A stretch of DNA of 6,381 nt, from assembly GCA_905178155.1 (NCBI GenBank), contig CAJINV010000112.1, positions 1 through 6,381 on the forward strand, written 5' to 3'. Source of the stretch: Amoebophrya sp. A120. Taxonomy: Eukaryota > Protista > Dinoflagellata. The notes below the pieces were generated by a model, which was not told the DNA's origin, searched no databases, and saw nothing but the letters and a program-made list of their open reading frames with translations. The position numbers were made by a program, and so were the translations under genes. Of this stretch, positions 6,370 through 6,381 are shown one piece after another. Position 1 is the stretch's first letter, and every line of letters starts with the position of its first letter.

Positions 6370-6381
6370 ATCGCAAACGTG

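Larger units (their letters stand above)
1..6381 (-). mobile_element. Tyrosine-recombinase retrotransposon (DIRS order; Ngaro/VIPER/TATE-like), boundaries not determined
   Basis: Co-oriented YR, zinc-finger Gag-like and RT-RNase H ORFs with no DDE integrase. RT-RH plus YR is the defining combination of DIRS-order elements. Subgroup and termini cannot be fixed from the window. Confidence 0.88.

Noticed and set aside
1-6381. Terminal repeats, e.g. catcgc at 1, 5761 and 6341
   Set aside because: Six-nt matches that do not extend; no LTR, ITR or TSD could be supported by eye.

Overview
The window is essentially one tyrosine-recombinase (YR) retrotransposon of the DIRS order (Ngaro/VIPER/TATE-like: no methyltransferase, DDE integrase or recognisable protease), probably eukaryotic. 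Three intact, non-overlapping ORFs lie on the minus strand in the sense order YR (5716-4814), Gag-like protein with a Lys/Ala/Pro-rich N-terminus and a CCCH zinc finger (4327-3185), and RT-RNase H (2345-15). This order is a circular permutation of the usual gag-pol-YR. The long spacers are structured: a hairpin array with repeated loops at 6086-6369, a long stem with sense-strand G-U pairs upstream of pol, a 17-nt motif shared upstream of gag and pol, and polypyrimidine-AG acceptor-like sites before each ORF. No long terminal repeats were found by eye. All calls come from manual motif reading; no searches or folding programs were run.
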